DNA from: Octopus bimaculoides
Taxonomy: Eukaryota
DNA: 51,305 nt
Direction of reading: 5' to 3'
Assembly (NCBI RefSeq): GCF_001194135.2
Contig: NC_068982.1
Span: forward strand, 180,158,214-180,209,518
Both the position numbers and the translations under genes were made by a program. Under the pieces are notes generated by a model that was not told the DNA's origin, made no database searches, and saw only the letters and a list, made by a program, of their open reading frames with translations. Below, piece after piece: positions 46,837-51,305 of this stretch. Numbering within the stretch: the stretch's first letter is position 1; each line of letters starts with the position of its first letter.

Positions 46837-47874
46837 AATGATTTCAGTGCATAATGAATTAGTTTACATACCTGCACCAATATACGTGATACACATTGTA
46901 TAGTACAATTGTACATTTTCAAATCTATAAATATAGAAGGTTAGCTCTTCAGATCACAGAATATCTATCTTGGTTGCACAAATACATCAACTGGGAAACT
47001 GACCCCCCCCCCCAAACAAAAACAGAAAAAATCCAGTGTTAAGGTGTTTGTGCAATTGGTGCCAATGAAAGTTACTACTGTAGAATAAGTGTACAACATA
47101 GAGAAATGAAGACTTATCAAAGCTAGCACCAGAAACTATTGATAAAGCAGTGCCATAGTTAGACAAAATATAAGAATTGTGACTCAGTTTCAAAGACGTA
47201 TACAAGCGTTCGGAATTTAATACAGCGTGAGGAAAGGGCACTGAACATTTTCCTCTGAAAACACTGTGTGATAACGTGGCAAATATAAAGGACACGCTGA
47301 ACGTAGTGCAAAACAGTAAACCTGGCTTGAAACATCGTCAGTTTCAGATACTTGTATCGGAATGAAAGAATCAATGCAGAGACTTGATTTTCTTCTGTAG
47401 CGTTCTTTGAGAATAAAATGCGAGTATCACAGATTTTCGTAATCCTAAATGCCTTTAAGTCTAGCATTTTTAGTGCATTTAACATTCTAATTAAAGTCTC
47501 TGAATTTTCAGCTCTAAATGTGTGTGTGTGTGTGTGTGTGTGTGTGAACCAGCTGATACAAGACAAGTGGAGATACATACTTGCCTTCCAAACAAAACTG
47601 CTGTTGCGGCAATGTCAATAGGAGAAATCATACTATGCTCACATTTTTACATTCAGTGAGATCAGACCTACTGACTACAATATAACTATAGCTACGATAC
47701 TTGATTTAAGAACTGAATTATCTTCTCGTTTCGTTGATTTTCATTCACACTGGCAAACTAAGAGTACTTAGTACTCCGTTTGATAATCAAGTGGACATCG
47801 TACCAGAACGTTTTCATGGATAATACTGAAATACAAAAGAAAGGAATTCAAATCCAAATCCAAATCGGCCCTAA

Positions 47875-47993
47875 TACTTATTTATCGACCCCGAAAGATT
47901 GAAAGGCTAAGTTGACCTCGGCGGAGTTTGAATTCAGACAGATAAAATGCCACTAAGCATTTTTCCCGGCGTGCTAACGTTTCTGCCACCTCG
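47875..47993 (-). mobile_element. SINE family B, 3'-truncated
   Basis: Reverse complement GGCAGAAACGTTAGCACGCCGGG...GAATTCAAACTCCGCCGAGG. Confidence 0.85.
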
Positions 47994-48579
47994 TCGCATT
48001 TGGCAAGTATAATATTAATTATCTCTATTGCAACATAAATATTTGACGTAAATATTATACACTTAATCCATAGCTGCGTGTTTTATTAACTCAATATATT
48101 AGATATAGAATGCAATATATTAGTTCAATAGATGAGTGTTGTTGCCGTCACTTTGAATACTTGTCTTTGAAAGAAAAGAAAAGACAGCCTTACACAGTCC
48201 AATGGTGTGTATGTAATTGAAGCTAAAATTATATATTGTGTGATCTGTGAATGATCCATAAACTTTGTGAATTTTGTGAATCTCCTGAAAAATGGCTGTG
48301 TACATCATTTGGTTAAACTGAAGAACACACACGAACACGTGCATTTTGTCTGTGATTCAATCTATGTTGTGTGTGTGTATGTGTGTTTGTGAGGGAAAGA
48401 AATGTTTACGTTAGCAGATCAAGTCTACTACATAGAGTATTGATTTAAGTGTTGTTCAATGTTATAAACCTACATTCCATTACATGACGTATTTCGTGGC
48501 GGTAGATCAAAGTGACATATAACTTTGAAGATATACAGTTGGTCGTTACAAATTAAACGTTTATTTGAAACGAAGCAAA

Positions 48580-48700
48580 CAAAGAAGGAAAGAGAGAAAG
48601 AGAAGGGGAGAAAGAGAAAAAGGGAGAAAGAGAAGAGAAGAAGAAAGAGAAAGAGAGAAAACGAGCGAGAGAGAACGGGAAAGAGAGAAAGGGAGATACT
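48580..48700. repeat. (GA)-rich polypurine tract
   Basis: Directly visible. Confidence 0.9.
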
Positions 48701-50738
48701 AAAAGGTCGTCGGATTTTCTAGAAATGGTAGCCAATTTCCTTCAAATAACATTCCACACTCTTAAAAAACAATGGAGGTCACATTGGGTAATAAAGTCCT
48801 TTATGTGCTCCGAATCAAGAATTGTGATGGTTGTGTTGTCTTTGATCAAATGTCTTTCAAACAACGACTGACATGGGGCTAAACAGCGATGACAGCGATA
48901 ATTTTTTTTTATTTGAACGAAACCTGTCTTCAAAGACTTAACATGACAATAATTACATAGATTAAATAAGTTATGATTAGTGTTACGGGAAACTGGAATG
49001 GCAGTGGAGTGTTTTCATAAATAATATACATTCTGACAGTTGTTGAAATCGTTTCAGAAGGCTGTGTGAATGAAATCACGTACTTAACATCAAGACTTGT
49101 TTCAAATGTTAGTGATGGAAATTAATAAATACTCGTTGTTGATAAACATAGTTTAGCTGAGATTTCTTAGTATTAGTAAAAGATTCTTCCATCTTTATTT
49201 TCTTTTTCTTTTCGTTGACGGAAGACTTATACGATGTGTCTGATTGAGGTGAATATTTAGACGGCATGTCTTATGTGATGTCAAGCATTTTTCAGGTATC
49301 CTCTTAGTTCAAGAGCGTTGTAACTGGGAAGATAGTCACGATAAAGTAAAATTCTTTATTTATTCGTTCTGCAGGAGTTCTACTTCAGAGACAAGAGATA
49401 TAGTTGCAAGAGACAGTGTATAAACACAGAAACATGACAGCTGTAATTTCTTAAATTTATTATTCAATGGAGAAGAGGCAGTTCTTAGAACTTTTGCACA
49501 CACTCTCTAAACTGAGTTTGATGATTTACTATGTGAAGTTCTGTTGGTAGACATTAATAGCAAAACCATAAGTGACATTGAATTCCATGCAATCCTGGAG
49601 AAATACTTAGAGATAAGAAACTAGAAGAATGATCGAAGACGGAGAAACTGAGGTGTAAGGTAAAACGTCGACGATATGTATGTATATATGAAATGGTTTA
49701 ATATTTGCATGTATATACGAACAGTTTGGAGTATAAAAGTTATAACTCTATACCATATTCGACTAAAGATAAATTGTGAAGTGTATGTGCGTGTGTCCAA
49801 CATTATACATCCATAAATCATTATGAGAAACAGACTCATTACTCGGATCAAAATTTTGGTCTAGATCAAAGTTACTGAATAATTATTTTGCTATGTGTTA
49901 CTTCTTTAGTTTCTTTATTCTACTTTACTACTGAGCTGTATGTTTTATTTAAAGTTTACTTCCTGGAACGAATACCGAAGGTGATGGTAACTTCTACGCG
50001 GTAGTTTGGCTTCTTAGATAAGCCAGTCAAATTTCCCTCAAATGATACAATGGATATAAATACTGAATCTATTTAGTAATGTGATCTTAAACACAAAGGA
50101 TATATTGGTCAATGTATTACTGGACATACCTAAACAAAATAAAGACAGAATCGTTGTGGTACGAATCCTTTTGTTCATGGCTTTGTTCCATTTGTTTTAC
50201 ATGGGGTTAAACAACACATTTATGTAGAAACATATATGAAACTAAATACATAAAATAAGTCAACGAGGCAAAAATCTATGCGGTTAATCAACCTCCTAGA
50301 AGTAATAACCAAATCATTCTGAATTCACACTCCAACAAATTAGAAAAGGATACATTGAATAAAAATACTTAATGATACTTTCCGGTACATAGTAAAACGA
50401 TAGGATGCTCGTGGTTGGAGTGTCTTTAAAGAGTGATCTGGGGCAAACCAAAAAAATATTTCGACATATATTTAAATCATAAATTACACAGAGTGTATGT
50501 AATTTATATATAACTTTTCAGTAAAATAACAGCAAGAAACTGAAACGTACGGCAACATATCTTAGATTTCTAATATCTGGTGACGTTGGACAATTAAAAT
50601 TCAACGAACAAAAGACTTCGCCATATTTTAACTATTAATAATAGAATAGGCAAATATAGGAGTTAATGACTCAAATATTTGTGCCTAGAGTAGAAAAGAA
50701 TATTTGTGATAAACTATGGAAGAATATGTAAAGAAGAT

Positions 50739-50771
<33 letters not shown>

Positions 50772-50937
50772 GGCGGTGATGGTGGTGGTAATAGTAGTAG
50801 TGGTAGATGAAGATGAGATTGGTTTCTATGTTTCAACGAGATGTCATTAATAATGACTAAGTTTGCAACACTAGTCTGAATTATTTTACATTTAAGTCTC
50901 TCTGTTTCCGATCTCTAATTGCATTTCTATCCACAAG

Positions 50938-50990
<53 letters not shown>

Positions 50991-51257
50991 GTACACACTA
51001 ATGTGAACTAATATAGATGCCTCTTAAAGCATACGTATGAACAATATGCACTACTGCATTGTAAATTACTGGCGTGACAAGCGCGCTTCACAATACACAC
51101 AGCAGAGAATCACAAATTTATTGTATACTTTGCCTATACATTAAAGTACATATAAACCTGTACACCTCTCGTAATATATGCAATATATAAATTATTTCAT
51201 ATATCTAGATGCTTATATATAATTCTGTGTACCACTGTGCATACGTGCATGCATATA

Positions 51258-51305
<48 letters not shown>

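Noticed and set aside
48742-48933. Minus-strand ORF with a TGTTTAG acceptor (PCQSLFERHLIKDN...)
   Set aside because: Weak donor and no homology; indistinguishable from chance.

Overview
AT-rich, gap-riddled eukaryotic genomic DNA dense in microsatellites. The SINE and repeat families resemble those I remember from Octopus, so a coleoid origin is an inference and was not verified. No host protein-coding gene is recognisable. Most long ORFs in the track are artefacts of (TA)n/(CA)n/trinucleotide tracts or N gaps; the rest are transposon relics or unrecognised. The interpretable content is a transposon graveyard: three RTE LINE fragments, three R4/Dong-like (RLE) non-LTR fragments, a decayed Penelope-like element (PLE) with RT but no GIY-YIG, a hAT transposase relic, a Tc1/mariner right end, a complete-looking non-autonomous Helitron with a nested LINE fragment, a solo LTR inserted in (TA)n, and about 20 tRNA-derived SINE copies from four families (labelled A-D here). 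The most striking unexplained signal is seven dispersed minimal type-I hammerhead-ribozyme (HHR)-like motifs from at least five unrelated sequence families. Several have non-canonical cores (a compensatory G3:C8 pair, A6U, an extra nucleotide after A9, a greatly expanded stem II) and palindromic stem III. In four of the seven (possibly five), a (TA)n tract lies about 50-110 nt downstream on the ribozyme-sense strand. A second notable structure is a long-inverted-repeat element carrying a near-complete tRNA-like cloverleaf, duplicated in inverted form and bracketed by a 12-bp direct repeat. Two phase-compatible candidate + strand exons (22748-22780, 24603-24768) are weakly supported. All folds and translations were done by eye; none were computed.
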